Shown here in pieces: positions 1 through 32,336 of a stretch of 64,000 bases of DNA; position 1 is the first letter of the stretch; each line of letters begins with the position of its first letter. The DNA is from Chrysomallon squamiferum. Its lineage: Eukaryota; Animalia; Mollusca. The notes beneath the pieces are model-generated. The model had not been told where the DNA came from. It made no database searches and saw only the letters and a list, made by a program, of their open reading frames with translations. A program made the translations under genes and the position numbers. The stretch covers positions 16,368,001 through 16,432,000 of the forward strand of contig CM022672.1 in the NCBI GenBank assembly GCA_012295275.1, written 5' to 3'.

Positions 1-1740
1 AAAGAATACCATTCTCCAAGAGTATACTTGTAAAAGGCTTTGGTGATGTAACACCTGATGCTATTCAGATGTATTTTGAAAATGAAAGAAGAAGTGGAGG
101 AAAGGATGTCACAAATGTTGAAATAGATTCTGAAAGAAAATGTGCTGTTGTGTCATTTGAGGATGAAAATGGTAAAAAGATATACCAGACATGCTTTAGA
201 TTTTTATTCTTGTTAAGATCTGATATGGAAAATGAAAACTTTCCCTTTCCTTTATTAATTCTGGTTTTGAAATAATATTCTGATGCATAAAATACAAAAC
301 TAAAATATATTTTTTAAGAATTAAGAAAATTCTTAACCTAAAAATGTCAGTGCCTATTTTTGAAACCAAGAGCCTGTGTAGTTCTTACTTACAAATATCC
401 ATGCATTTTTGATTAGAGTAAGGCCTGAAGTAAAGATCATTTAAAAGATTGTTGCTGCTGATAAGAATAATCCATGGAAGAGCTTTCCACTCTCTTATCA
501 TTATATAAAACAAATTGCATATTTAACATATAATGAAAATTAATAATAAACTGAAATGTTATTTTTGATTTACTTTTTTCAGTTGTTAGCAATGTACTAA
601 AGCAGAAAGAACATAAGCTTTCCAGCCATAAAATAGAAGTTTCCCTTTACCACAGATGTCTTGGTTTGTCAGGAGGTACCTCAGAAACTAACTGAGATAA
701 AGTACCAGATCCTTTCTGCTTGGATAATATAAACAGATGATACAAGATTATGTTTATAGAAGAAAACCTTTCACATTTCCAAAACACTTTGAAGAATTAC
801 TCGGCTGAAGCACTAGTAGACTCCCAATTAAATCAAATTGAAATAAGACCAACATTTACAATGGATAGTCCAGGTTTAAGGAATATTGCAGCTACATGGA
901 CTGATGATGTGAAATCCTGTACACAGCAATTTATTGAGTAGATAGAAGTTCAGCAAATTGGATGCCCAGCTGACATTTGGACTGATATGAAGAAAAACAT
1001 CGAGTCAAAAGAACTGAGTAAATTAACAGAGTACAAGATATTTTATGATGATGAAAAATATGATGTTATTATTGTTGGACAGTCACTTGGTGATATGGCA
1101 GAAGAAATAAAAAACACATGTACTGATCTTACTGCAAAATTTGAGAGAACAAAGAGAATAAGGTAGGAAACCAAAACCTTTTCAGCTTGTAAACTAAGAA
1201 TCCTTAAGGATTCTGGTTTTATAACAAAACTAGAAGAAATATTTGAAGATGTCAAAATTGATGTGAATAACAATGAAAATGTCACAATTACTGGTGTTCC
1301 TGAAGAAATAAACGATTTATTTTGTAAGATTTATGATGAAATTCAAAAGATCAAACAAAAGGATTTTGTTCTAGAATTTATATTACAGCTTCTTCAGCGA
1401 CCACAAGTATGTCATCACCTTCACAGCAAGCTGCTACAAGGGAAGAACATGCATGCTGTATCATGGGAAGCAAGTGACAGGCATGTCACAATTTACTCTT
1501 TGTCTCAGTCTGACATCAACAAGACAAAAATATTTCTAGGGAATTTACCTTGCAGAATCATCACAGATTGTAGTTGCTGGTGTTGGTGAAGATGTCCATC
1601 CTGCCACCACAGAGATGAACAGTTTTATTCAAGAAAACTCAGTTTATACTGAAATTGCTTATTTGAAGATGAATGGAAATTAACATTTCTAGTTATAAAC
1701 AGAATTGAAAAATATCCATGATATACTGAACAGTTTACTC
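1..1740 (+). pseudogene. PARP14-like (RRM + KH-like region) disabled fragment, 5'-truncated by window edge
   Basis: Exon 1-171 reads RIPFSKSILVKGFGDVTPDAIQMYFENERRSGGKDVTNVEIDSERKCAVVSFEDEN, containing the YFENxRRSGG RRM signature of PARP14/PARP10-type proteins. GT at 172, AG at 581-582. The phase-compatible exon from 583 reads VVSNVLKQKEHKLSSHKIEVSLYHRCLG, then KH-like repeats. In-frame stops at 693 (TGA), 738 (TGA), 939 (TAG) and 1164 (TAG); a frameshift near 1540-1565 (QIVVAGVGEDV...FIQENS resumes in another frame). No macro, WWE or ART exons seen downstream. Confidence 0.75.
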
Positions 1741-1896
1741 ATTATACTTTTGAAATTATTTTATGTATTAAGACACATCACAATAAGAGTAAAGTGCCAG
1801 CTTACATTTAATCTGCATAACCATGTTATTATACAGTGTTTCTTTTCAGTACACATTAGAAACAATAAACTGATAACTGTAGGTTAACAAAATGTA

Positions 1897-2100
1897 ATTG
1901 TGTGTTTTGACTTTAAGACAGTTATTGTATGTTTTGACGTAAAGACAGTTATTGTGTAATTTGACTTTATTCTATTAATCATTACATCTTTTACTTCTTT
2001 CTAACAACTAGTCATTGTGTATTTTCTTTTCTTTTTTTGACAAATATTCTGTATTTGTGTGTTTTGACTTAAAGACAATTATTTTGTAATTTGACTTCTC
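1897..2100 (+). repeat. Degenerate ~27-bp tandem repeat (ATTGTGTGTTTTGACTTTAAGACAGTT)
   Basis: Three adjacent units at 1897-1970 and about two more at 2053-2100. Confidence 0.65.
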
Positions 2101-3772
2101 TCTGAGAAATACTGATTGTGTATTTTAATGGGTTTCTGACACAAATTTATTCTGTATTTTTTCTCTGTTTTATTTTTACTAATATTAGCTGATAATAATT
2201 TGAAAATGAGGCTGATAAAGATGGGAATTTTAATTTCTGTGTATGATCACAATTTGTCCAATCCAAAGGTAAATTATTATTTGTATATTATTTTTAAACT
2301 TTTGTGATTACAGTAATAATGAGCCATTAATTCCCGACAGAATGATTTTGATTGACATAGCATAAATACAGAATTTTTATCTGTTTATTTCCTAGTTTAA
2401 TGTTTGAAATTTCTTGATAAAAATTCTGATAATGTTTTTAATTGTGATATTAAAGTAGGTGGACAGTAAATGATGTTTATTTTCAGATTACGTGTAGAAT
2501 TATAACTGAATGTTTTGATACAATAGGAGAAAATAAAATTTAAAAATTAACTTATACCAATTAAAAATAAATGCACTGAACATTTTATCAATGGAGGTTC
2601 TCAGATTGCTGGCCAACCTACTTTTTGCCTATTTTGGTTAACACTGTATTAATGGTTTATATGTTATGAATACATTAATTTCTAGCTTTCTAGTTTTTTG
2701 GGGGTGTTTTTTCATATTCCTACATATAAAATAATTTTAATAATAATAATATGTGTTATTTTGTTTAGCTTTCAAATGAAATAATGATATAACTGAGTAA
2801 AATTATTAGAATTAATTATTGGGAACTGATGACTGAATTTTATATGATTAATATTCAATACACATTCCCTGATACATAGACACATATATATATAAATACA
2901 AGGGGGATAAAAAGGGAAAAAAAAAACTACAGTGCAGTTTTATTTATAAAAATAGTTTGATAATTTTGACGATGTCCCCACTTTGGCCAGATAATGCTAT
3001 TCTTACTTAGGAGTGACTGTAAGATTTTCATCTCAAACACTAGAGTGGTGAATTCTCTTAAAGTCTAATTCATAAGTTTTTGTTTCAAGAGTGAAAAAAC
3101 AAAAAAGTAGACTAATTCAAAAGTGAATTTAAATAATAGACTTTTTAATCAACACAAAAACTTAAATTCCCAATCACTTCAATTATTATTTAATTAATTA
3201 CACTGATTCGTATTATATCAAGAATTGACAATAATGATACAAATCAAGGTAAATTTATTTAACAGAAATGCTAATATATATAATATCAGCATTTTTTTCA
3301 GATGCAATTCACTTCTTCAATTCTTTACCAAGTAAATGTCTAATTTTTGAAAATGTTTTAATTTCACAGTGGATGGACATTGCATTCATATTCTTCTGTA
3401 CATCACAGTATGACATGTAAATCTCATATAAATATAGTAGATTATAAGACCTCTTCATAATTTTTTTTTTTTTAAATCTCTCAGAACTGGCAATCAATAT
3501 CAGTTGACATTTCTATTTATTTGGTAAGAAAATAATTATAAACATTAATATATAATTTTCAAATTAGTATAACTGAACTCTGTATCAAATAAAATCATGA
3601 CAATTATCATTTTCCTTTGTCAACTTGTAATTTTTACTGAGTTACTTTAAGACAGAAGAGTCTGTAACTTCCATCCACTAATTACTTCTCTTATCTGCCA
3701 AAGTGGAGAGAAACAAATAAGCAAATTCCTTTGCAAATTTCATTTATTTATAATTGTGTGATTGTTTGCTTA

Positions 3773-3810
3773 AATAAAATTAGAAAACAAATACTGTGTT
3801 GTGTTATTTT
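3773..3810 (+). terminator. Candidate polyadenylation signal with downstream GU-rich element
   Basis: AATAAA at 3773-3778 followed ~20 nt later by TGTGTTGTGTTATTTT; lies near the end of the CpG-poor block carrying the PARP14-like fragment. Confidence 0.4.
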
Positions 3811-4029
3811 CTAGTTTTAAACGTAAGTAATTAAAGAAGTAAGTAAGAAATATTTAATTTTAATGATACATTTTTCGCCATGGTTCTATAAATGGCTGGA
3901 TTTAAATACAAGCTAAAAATTATCAGAGAAGACCTTGTACACTGTAATTATTGATTATTAGCACTTGTTCAAAAAGGTCTGTAAATTAACCAGACCTTAT
4001 AACCTCACCATGTTCTCATTAACAACTCT

Positions 4030-4100
4030 ACTGTTAACGAAAAAGCAAAACCAATGCCACTACATTGTGGGCTACTCTTTTTCTGTTAGCAGAATTGTAT
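4030..4100 (+). mobile_element. Degenerate copy of a dispersed repeat (probably SINE-derived); related copies at ~7880-7960 and ~21040-21130
   Basis: Shared core GCTACTCTTT followed by T0-2C(T/G)G(T/A)TA(G/A)C at 4071, 7908 and 21073, with similar flanks. SINE origin is inference. Confidence 0.45.
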
Positions 4101-4348
4101 TTTTTGTTGTTTTTTTGTTGTTGTAATAAACAGAAAAGCCTTTGATAAAGCATTGGGTAGGAGGGTTTTGCAGGAATGGGAAATAAATAGTTAAATATGA
4201 ACGTAAAAGTAAGAACAAATTTATATGAGATAAAATAATAATAATAATAATTAAAAAATCATTTGATAAATCAGAAATTTGTATTTAAGTTATACTGGAA
4301 GCTGGAATTTGAGGCCTGAATTATGTGAAAAAAGTTAATGCAAATTCT

Positions 4349-4349
<1 letters not shown>

Positions 4350-4431
<82 letters not shown>
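4350..4431. repeat. (TC)n microsatellite
   Basis: Perfect dinucleotide run. Similar TC/AG runs at 8659-8741, 9795-9970 (ending in (GAGAGG)n), 27131-27196, 40421-40527, 41530-41616 and 49143-49216. Confidence 0.95.
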
Positions 4432-4435
<4 letters not shown>

Positions 4436-4942
4436 GTTTTCTGTCCGTCTGTCAATATTGTATGATTACAAATATTTAGATATGTATTTTTATATGTAAT
4501 TATGAATAAATCCCTTCTATACGACTCTATGTTTATCTTTCTGTTTGTCTGTCTGCCTTTCCATTTATCTAAGAACGGTCAGAAAGATGAAAAATGACTC
4601 AATTCTAATTATAACATTACTCTAATTTATTTGATAAAATTTATCTTTCTTACGACTGTACAATCTGTGCCACTTGTCAAACAGTCTGCTTGTTTCCATA
4701 ACAATATAATATAACGGTATCAAATTCAATCTATTATTCTTTGATTGAGGTATCACTTCAGATTTTTATTAGAGTGAAAATGTTTATGAAATTAATATAA
4801 CTGATTAATTGAAGTACCACATCATTTTGCTCATAACTGAATACAGCACAGAAACAATCGAACAGTAATATTTGATCAAACAGTAAAAAAACCACCAAAG
4901 ATTACAGAATCGTGGAATGTCACATTTCACATAGTTAATGTT

Positions 4943-24582
<19,640 letters not shown>

Positions 24583-24801
24583 TCACGAACTTGAACCGAC
24601 CAGGATGTTCATCATAAAAAAGTATTTGCACTGTTTACAGAGTAATGTTTCTCTTGCACATAAAAAAAGTTAAATATATTACATGTTTGTTATCATTGTT
24701 TGGGTAATAATTGTATCACAGACCTGAGTGTTAGATAACATCTGTAACTATCTGGATGATACAAGGAAACATACACATAGAAAGTGAGAGACAGTTCATT
24801 G

Positions 24802-24832
<31 letters not shown>

Positions 24833-24889
24833 CCTGTTGTTGTTGTAGTTGTTGATGTTACAGTTGTTGGTTTTGGTTGGAGAGACATT

Positions 24890-25087
24890 AATAAAATATA
24901 TCACCGAAAGAAGTTATTGTTTCAAACAATTTTGAGAATGTTAAATGTTAATCCATATTGCATTATGTTTGATTAACGTTATACACTTTGCTATATATGG
25001 CCACTGCGATGTAAAAAACATGCTTCGTTTCCTAACTCTGTATGTTTTCCATCAGTGTTATTATACTGGACAAGTGAAACAAATAAA
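24890..25087 (+). terminator. Candidate poly(A) signals of the adhesion GPCR
   Basis: AATAAA at 24890-24895 and 25082-25087, downstream of the stop at 24580-24582. Confidence 0.4.
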
Positions 25088-25291
25088 TTTAAAAAAAGCT
25101 TAGTAATATTTCAATATAAAATTTAACTAAATCCTTAGTTACGTCCATTTCGAGTTCCATTTGATCAGTCAGAATGTTACCCGGTTGTAGTTAAGGGACT
25201 GTTTATATCATAATAAATATGATCGTTTCTGGTCTCGTTAACTTCCTTTTTCACATATGCATACATGTAAATGTGTAAAACAAACACAATT

Positions 25292-26853
25292 TGTTTGAAA
25301 GATTGCTTTTATTCCAACACGTAACCGTGGAAAGACACAACATGAGATGAGGGTATCACATGAACATTAAACAATTTTGCATTGCAGATTATTGTTATTG
25401 TTATTATTATTATTTTAATTTTTTGTTGTTGTTGTTACCAAAGAACTTTTGATGTTTTAAAATTAATTAGCCAGTATTAAGCACGACTGTCATTAATTCT
25501 TTGTTCTTGCCATGCGAAGAAATTCGAGATTTTTGTACATTTCAGAGATATTCTCATTTGTTTCAATATTTATGAGAAACATTCTCAGTTATTTTTAATT
25601 TAAAGTTTACGTCGTTACAAATGTGAAAAAAAAAGAGATAAAAAACAAACAAACAAAAGAACAATAAGTAATGATTTTACTTTCCTTGCCGTATTACTGC
25701 ATACATACATTATTTCAAAAACATTGGCTGTACCATTTAGAAAAATCCATACTGAGTCCTATGGTGCAGCAGAAAAAAAAAAAAAAAAAAAAAAAAAAAA
25801 CGCTCCTAAAACCAGATAAAACAATTATACTAACACAGAAAGAAGGAAGGAAGAAACAAAGAAAAAGAAGAAGAAACCATTTATGGATAAAACTTTTCAG
25901 ACGTGTTGGTTTATTGTTATAGTATTTGCTACTCAAAACATTCTGAGAATTATCTCTGGTTTAATAAAAACTGAACAAAAGAACACAGTGATGAAACACT
26001 ATAGTACTGCTGTTAGCAAGTTTATTTTAAAATTCATCTTTCGTACAATATATTGTTCTGATCTTTGTTAATATCTTGAAAATTTGCAAGCTTCCACGAT
26101 TGAAAATAAGTCACGGAAAATTAGATTAGTGGTGACCAAAGTATTTTTACTTTTGTAAAATGAATCATCCAAATAAAATTAATATTAAAAAAAAATAATT
26201 ATAATAAAGACACTGAAATAAAATAAACCACATAGATTTTGATAGCAAATGTCATTTGGGACCCATTATATTTGAAATACACATTCATGTATAAACCCTG
26301 ATATCAGGAATCTCTGAAGGATATATTATTAAATACTTATTAAATTATGGATATTGATACCAACAGTCACTGAAACACCTGAAACACATACTGAATTATA
26401 CATCTGATATCAGAAATCATTTAAGATTATATATTAATATCTGAAATACACATCGAATCATCGATCCCATTTAAGGATATACTAATATTTTGATAAACAC
26501 AATGAAGTTTAGATCTCACAGCTTGAGTTATTTAAGAATATATTATATTGTTATCTCAGGTAACAGAATTACAACAGACTCCAACAGTAAGAATGCTTTA
26601 AATATTAGATTAATCTCAGACATGCTTATCTATTTCTACTAAACATGAAATATTATACTGTTTATATTTCTGTTCACGCATTTATGGACATAATGGACAT
26701 AATGGACATAATTGCAATACAGACGTGGGAGTCGAGCTGTCTGATGTTGTGTTGTGTATATAGTTTGTTAGTTTAACGAGTCCATAGGTAATCTATAAAC
26801 TGTATCTGCAGTGCACTTTTCATGATCTTCTTTCGCTTAATCTGACCCAGCAT
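25292..26853 (-). other. Putative terminal non-coding (3'-UTR) exon of the CCAP precursor gene
   Basis: Acceptor gtgtttttcttccttttag|ATG at 26854/26853 pairs with the strong donor GAG|gtgagt at 28480/28479. AATAAA at 25313-25308 followed by GU-rich ATTGTGTTTGTTTT. Confidence 0.55.
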
Positions 26854-27082
26854 CTAAAAGGAAGAAAAACACGTAGTCACTTGAATTTACAAAATAAAGA
26901 TAGAAATCAATATGGTCATAATTATTTTTTGAATAGTGTATTAATTTTTTGTTTTGTTTGTTTTTATTTGTATATATATTTATTAGTGTGTGCTATTGTG
27001 TGTTTCAGAGTGAGTGTGTTTTGGTGCAAATATGTATATTATGTTTTTGTACGTTGTTATTATTATTGCTGTTGTTGTTGTA

Positions 27083-27199
<117 letters not shown>

Positions 27200-28498
27200 C
27201 ATATAAAGCAAATAGTTAATGTTTTTAAAACCAATATCCATAACTTTAAACGAAATGCAAAATGTTTAAAGTCCCGCATCGCGAAGCATCATTCTGATCA
27301 TTAATGCTTTAAACTAACAAATTATTTAACTGAAAAAAAAAATAATAATAACAACAATAAAATCCCAGCTCTCTAATGATAGAGGCGTGCTCTGTTCAAA
27401 CCGTCATCCGGTAGGTGTCGCTCCTTTAGATCCTCCTTTCGTTTCTGCTACATGCATCCTTAACATAAGCGACAAAGTGCGTGTATATTATTAAGAATTG
27501 TCATTTATATGTTTCTGGAAAGTGGATAAGAAAAAGGGACATTTTCTTTTCTTTTTTTTTTCTTTATTACGTTTTACTGTGAGGTTTTTTTTCCCTACAC
27601 TTGAGCCAGTATTTAACGTTTGTTTTCGGTATGTTAACGGGTATGGACACGTCTCGCCCGACTGACGTCTGCACGTAACTGAACTCTCTAGATCGATCAG
27701 TGATATGAAAAGACGCGAAGACCATGCGGAATTTCAATGCGGAAAAACATTTAATTATTTAAACTTATTTATTGACGTAGAAAGAGCCACCCATTTCGGC
27801 AGCACACTGTAACGTGTTATATATGAATTTATTTATATGCAAGTTTTTCATTTCTTTTCAAATGAAACGCGAAATGCTCGTGGGAAGACATTGAGAATAA
27901 AATATTGAGTTTAACGAGTTGTATTCTCAAGGCAGAAATATAGACAGACAATTCAAAATTAATACTGCTCCTACCTTTTAGCGCTAATGATAATGACAGA
28001 ATAAAACGAAAATAAAAAAACAAGCGAGCAAATAAAAATAATCGTGTATATATATTTTAATGATACAAAATCAACAACATAACTGAATTTACAAGTAAGA
28101 CAGGTAGACAGATTTTTAGAAAAATACTCTTTGTTTCCAGTATTTTATTATTTTTCTCTGACTTTTTGTCTTTGTCTGTCTGTCTGTCTCTCTGTCTCAT
28201 TTTGATTTTTTCTTTACAAATCACACAAGTCAATCCTTAATAATTCCATTTCCACAACGAATCTTTTTAAAAAAAATAAAAAATAAAAATATTCAAAGTT
28301 AGAATTATGATGAGGGCATATTTGTCATGGAAAATGTTTTGGAATTTAAAAAAATAACAAGAAACAGAAACAAAAAAACACCAAAAAAAAAACCCACATT
28401 TTTATTTAATGAACGTATCAGCCAGAAGTATGTGTATATATGTATGTATCTTTATTTATTTATTTTGGCCAAAACTCACCTCCATTGATAAAATCTTC

Positions 28499-31336
28499 CT
28501 ACAAGTTGTCGGCTATACCCTGCATCTTTTGCAGCCAGTTGGAATAGAGGGCGCGCTTTCTGCCTTGGCAGCCATTATAACCGTTACAGAAGAGCCTCTT
28601 TTTCAATAATGTCGACAGCTTTGGCTGGTTCACTGGTTTCACAACAACCGAATCCCCACCGTCTTCCCCGAGTGGAGTCCTCTTTGCGTTTCCGCAGCCG
28701 TAATAATAATTGCAAAACGGCCGCTTCAGAATAGGGTGTTGTTGCTGTTGTTGTTGACGTCGTCGAGCTCTGAAACGTCCACCACATCCGGTGAATCCAT
28801 TACAGAACACACGTTTGTTGATTGCGTCGCCATTTTGCGTATCCTGTTTCTGCAGTTTTTCCATCATCTTCATAAACATGGGCGACACTTCCAGCGGATT
28901 AGCTAACAGTCTCATGTCATTTTTGTCTTGAATAATATTGTCTAGTTGATGATTCATATCCTTTTTATTCTGTAATAAAAATATAAAAAATCATATTTTT
29001 AATTCACTGAATCCGTGCAGAAGGATTTATATTTTCTAATAATATACTCTTTCATATCTGCATGCAAAATCTTTATAAACCTTTTAAGCCATACTATCGA
29101 AGAACTGTACTTTACAACTTTATTGCTAAATTACTAACTCTTAGTGCAGAAATGTTAATATATTGTTAAACTACTCTCTAACTCTAATATATTGTTATAT
29201 TATTCTGTAAGTGTATAACGACATTAATTCAGTGACTATGTTACTCAGTAATCCTAGAATATTAATCTCTTACTGTACTTTATTGCTAATTTGCTGTTTC
29301 ATTCGTTTATCGCTAACTCTAGTTAATTATTACAATACTCGGTAAGTCTACTCTCGAACTCTAGTACTGCTACGTTACTCGGTAAGTTTAGTTTCTTGCT
29401 AGATTACGCTCCAAATCTAGTGTATTGCAAGGTTTCTCTGTAATTTAAGTTTATTGCTCAACCACTAACAAGTTTATTACTACATTACGCACTAAATCTA
29501 GCGTATTACTACATTTCTCTGTAATTTAAGTCTATTCCTTTACCAGTAACGTTACATTATGCTCCATCTCTAGCGTATTAGTACGTTTCATTCAAATTTA
29601 TATTCAAATTTCATTCATAATATGGCTCTACAAATAACAAGTGTATTACATTACGCTATAAATCTCTACATAACTTTAATTCTAATGTATTGCTACCTTA
29701 CTAGCTGTAATTTATTAATACATTACTCTCTAATAGTAATTTATTGTTATATTATTACCCTTAGTTTACGGCTATAACACTCTCTAACTGATTTTGCGCT
29801 ACCAACCTCTGGCTCAAACTGAAGATGGCAAATAGTTTTAAATCACGAACAAGCTGCTAAAATCATCTCATTACTATCTAGGAATGTTTTATTAATTTGA
29901 ACCTCAATAGGATGGACTATAAAATTAAGTTTAGAAAGATTTAAAAAATAATTTAAAAAAAAGAAGAAAAGAATATGGTTCAATTCAGTTATAAACTTTC
30001 ATTAAGCAGATATTAATAATAATAATAATAATAATAATAACAACAACAACAGTAGTATTAATGTTGTCGTCGTTGCGTATGCATTATCACAGCTTGTTGA
30101 AAAATGAATGAATGCTTAAAAACACCTCAACACGTTATATTATTAACAGATATTTATTGTTAATGTTACGTTAATGTTGTTGTTCTGTCGTTGTTTTTAT
30201 TATCGTATCTGTTTTTCGACTATGTACACACACAGCCTCGTATACATATCAGTATGTTATATGCATGAACAGAAAGACACATATTAACTTATAAGGGTTA
30301 GTTATTCGGGTCTAAATCAACAGCAATATCACAGAATTTGAAATCCAACCGATATAACTGATTATACTTTTTTAAAACATAACCATGATCGGTAAACAGA
30401 ACATTTATTCACTTCTCTATGGAAACATGACAGAAATTAGCACCTAGAGAGCGCAAATAACTTCCGATTGACTTTAAATTAAGAGATTTATGGAAATCAT
30501 ATCAGATTTTCGATTGTCGCATTTCCTTCTAATCCATTTTTTAAACATATCGCGAGTAATAATGTAGACAGAAGCAAAAAATGTCCGCGACACAATATCG
30601 CCAGTTAAACAATGTTGTGTTTACACTGCGCCAAGCCTGTCGAGTACATGAATTATTTAAACTATGCTATTAGCACGTTAGTTATCTGTAAAAGGCAACA
30701 TATTTTTCTAAACGAAATATTTCCAATCCTGACAGTTACGTCTTTATCCTTTAAAGCGCTGTTTAATTATCGGTTCATTTGAACAAAATAGGTAATTAGT
30801 CTGCACCGAAAGTAGTGTTATTTCGCAATTTTTTTTTTTTTCTTACTGTTACTTTTTCTTTCTTTCTTTCTTTCTTTCATCATTATTATTTTTTTTTTTT
30901 TTTTTTTTTTTTTATTTTTTTTTTTTTTTTTATTGGTGCAATAATCATGTTAAGATTAATTATTTTAAGTTTTCATGAGTACACATTAGATTAAATAAAA
31001 ATAATTAAAAATGTCTTTGCAGTTCTGTAATAGGGTCTACATTTAAGCAATGATAGGATTAAAAGATTTTAGAGAATGATTCTTTTTATAACGGTAATGT
31101 TATAATTGTTACTTGATAGGAAAATGACCCATTACGAGCTGCATATGCCGCACAAAGATAGACTAAATGTACTTTTCATTTACTATTTAAAATCGGCTTT
31201 TGCCGTCAATCTCCGATTGTTAAACTGTCCCGTTTTTCTTAAAGATTATTTTGCTTTTACTATGTTCATTAAGTTTGAAACATTATTTTTATTATGCTGG
31301 AACAACTGGTTATTTCATAATATTTGGATCGTGATT

Positions 31337-31377
<41 letters not shown>

Positions 31378-31572
31378 ATAAATTGCTTCCCAATCAAGAA
31401 ATTTAATTTCGAACCTAGAATAATCGAATGAAAAAAAACAACAAAAAACAAAACAAAAAAACAACAAAACAAAACAACAACGTGAAATTAGACAACAAAA
31501 ACGGATATTAAATCATTATATACATCAAAAATGATTTATTATTGTTGTTACTGTGCGGCTGTTTTCTTACCA

Positions 31573-31627
<55 letters not shown>

Positions 31628-31716
31628 ACCAGTATCAGTTGTGATAATAGAAGTAGTAGAATTATTGCTCAGCATCGTTTATTACATTTAATTTTATTTA
31701 TTTATAATTATTATTA

Positions 31717-31778
<62 letters not shown>

Positions 31779-32336
31779 TTAATTACAAATAGTATAAAAT
31801 TTAATTTAATCACCAAAAAGTACAAGTATAATATGATTAAATCGAATGACTGTTGCTATGTAGCTATTATGTGATTTAGATCAGACACTTATCATCTTTA
31901 TTTTATTATGTTTCTAAATCAGTTTTAGGTACATACCTTATTAACGTTTTATTAGTATACCAATAATAACATAATAAAAACAATTTAACAGAAAATGAAA
32001 AAATAATAATATTTTTAAAAATAATAATAAAAAACAACAACGAAACAAAACAAAACAAAAAATTCTATCATTAAAATAAATGTCACGTTAGTAATTTTTT
32101 AAACTTCAAATGACAACAAAAGCAGAAAAAAAAAAAAATAGTCAAATGCATTTCTGTGGTAAACCAAGTTATACAAATGACGTAATAATTTCTAATTTAA
32201 TTCGCCCTTCCTAATGAAACAAAACTCGCATGCGTAAATGAATTACCTGGATGACATAGTCATCGTCAATGTCGTCTGCTGATGTGATGGCGGACAGAGG
32301 CAGGAGTAGAAGACAAAGAAGATGACCTGTTAACAT
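28499..32336 (-). CDS. CCAP: CCAP (crustacean cardioactive peptide)/conoCAP-type neuropeptide precursor, 186 aa, coding exons 32336-32247 and 28969-28499
   Basis: Signal peptide MLTGHLLCLLLLPLSAITSA. Phase-0 splice CAG|gtaatt ... ttacag|AAT. Three Cys-ring peptides between basic sites: KR-VFCNGFTGCG-GR (28810-28781), KR-PFCNYYYGCGNA-KR (28720-28685), KKR-LFCNGYNGCQG-RKR (28594-28562). The xFCN..GC motif matches arthropod CCAP PFCNAFTGC-NH2; the three-peptide layout is the molluscan pattern. Confidence 0.95.
29100..29790. repeat. Degenerate ~29-bp minisatellite in CCAP intron
   Basis: Recurring unit approx AACTCTAGTGTATTGCTACATTACTCTCT, around 20 diverged copies by eye. Confidence 0.65.

Noticed and set aside
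693-1166. In-frame TGA codons as selenocysteine or recoding in the PARP14-like exon
   Set aside because: TAG stops and a frameshift occur in the same exon; pseudogenisation explains all of them.
28584-28787. Alternative-frame 67-aa ORF inside CCAP
   Set aside because: GC-rich coding shadow whose ATG is internal to the CCAP exon; no motif recognised.
29100-29790. CRISPR-like array
   Set aside because: Eukaryotic intron; units are contiguous and degenerate, with no unique spacers or cas genes.
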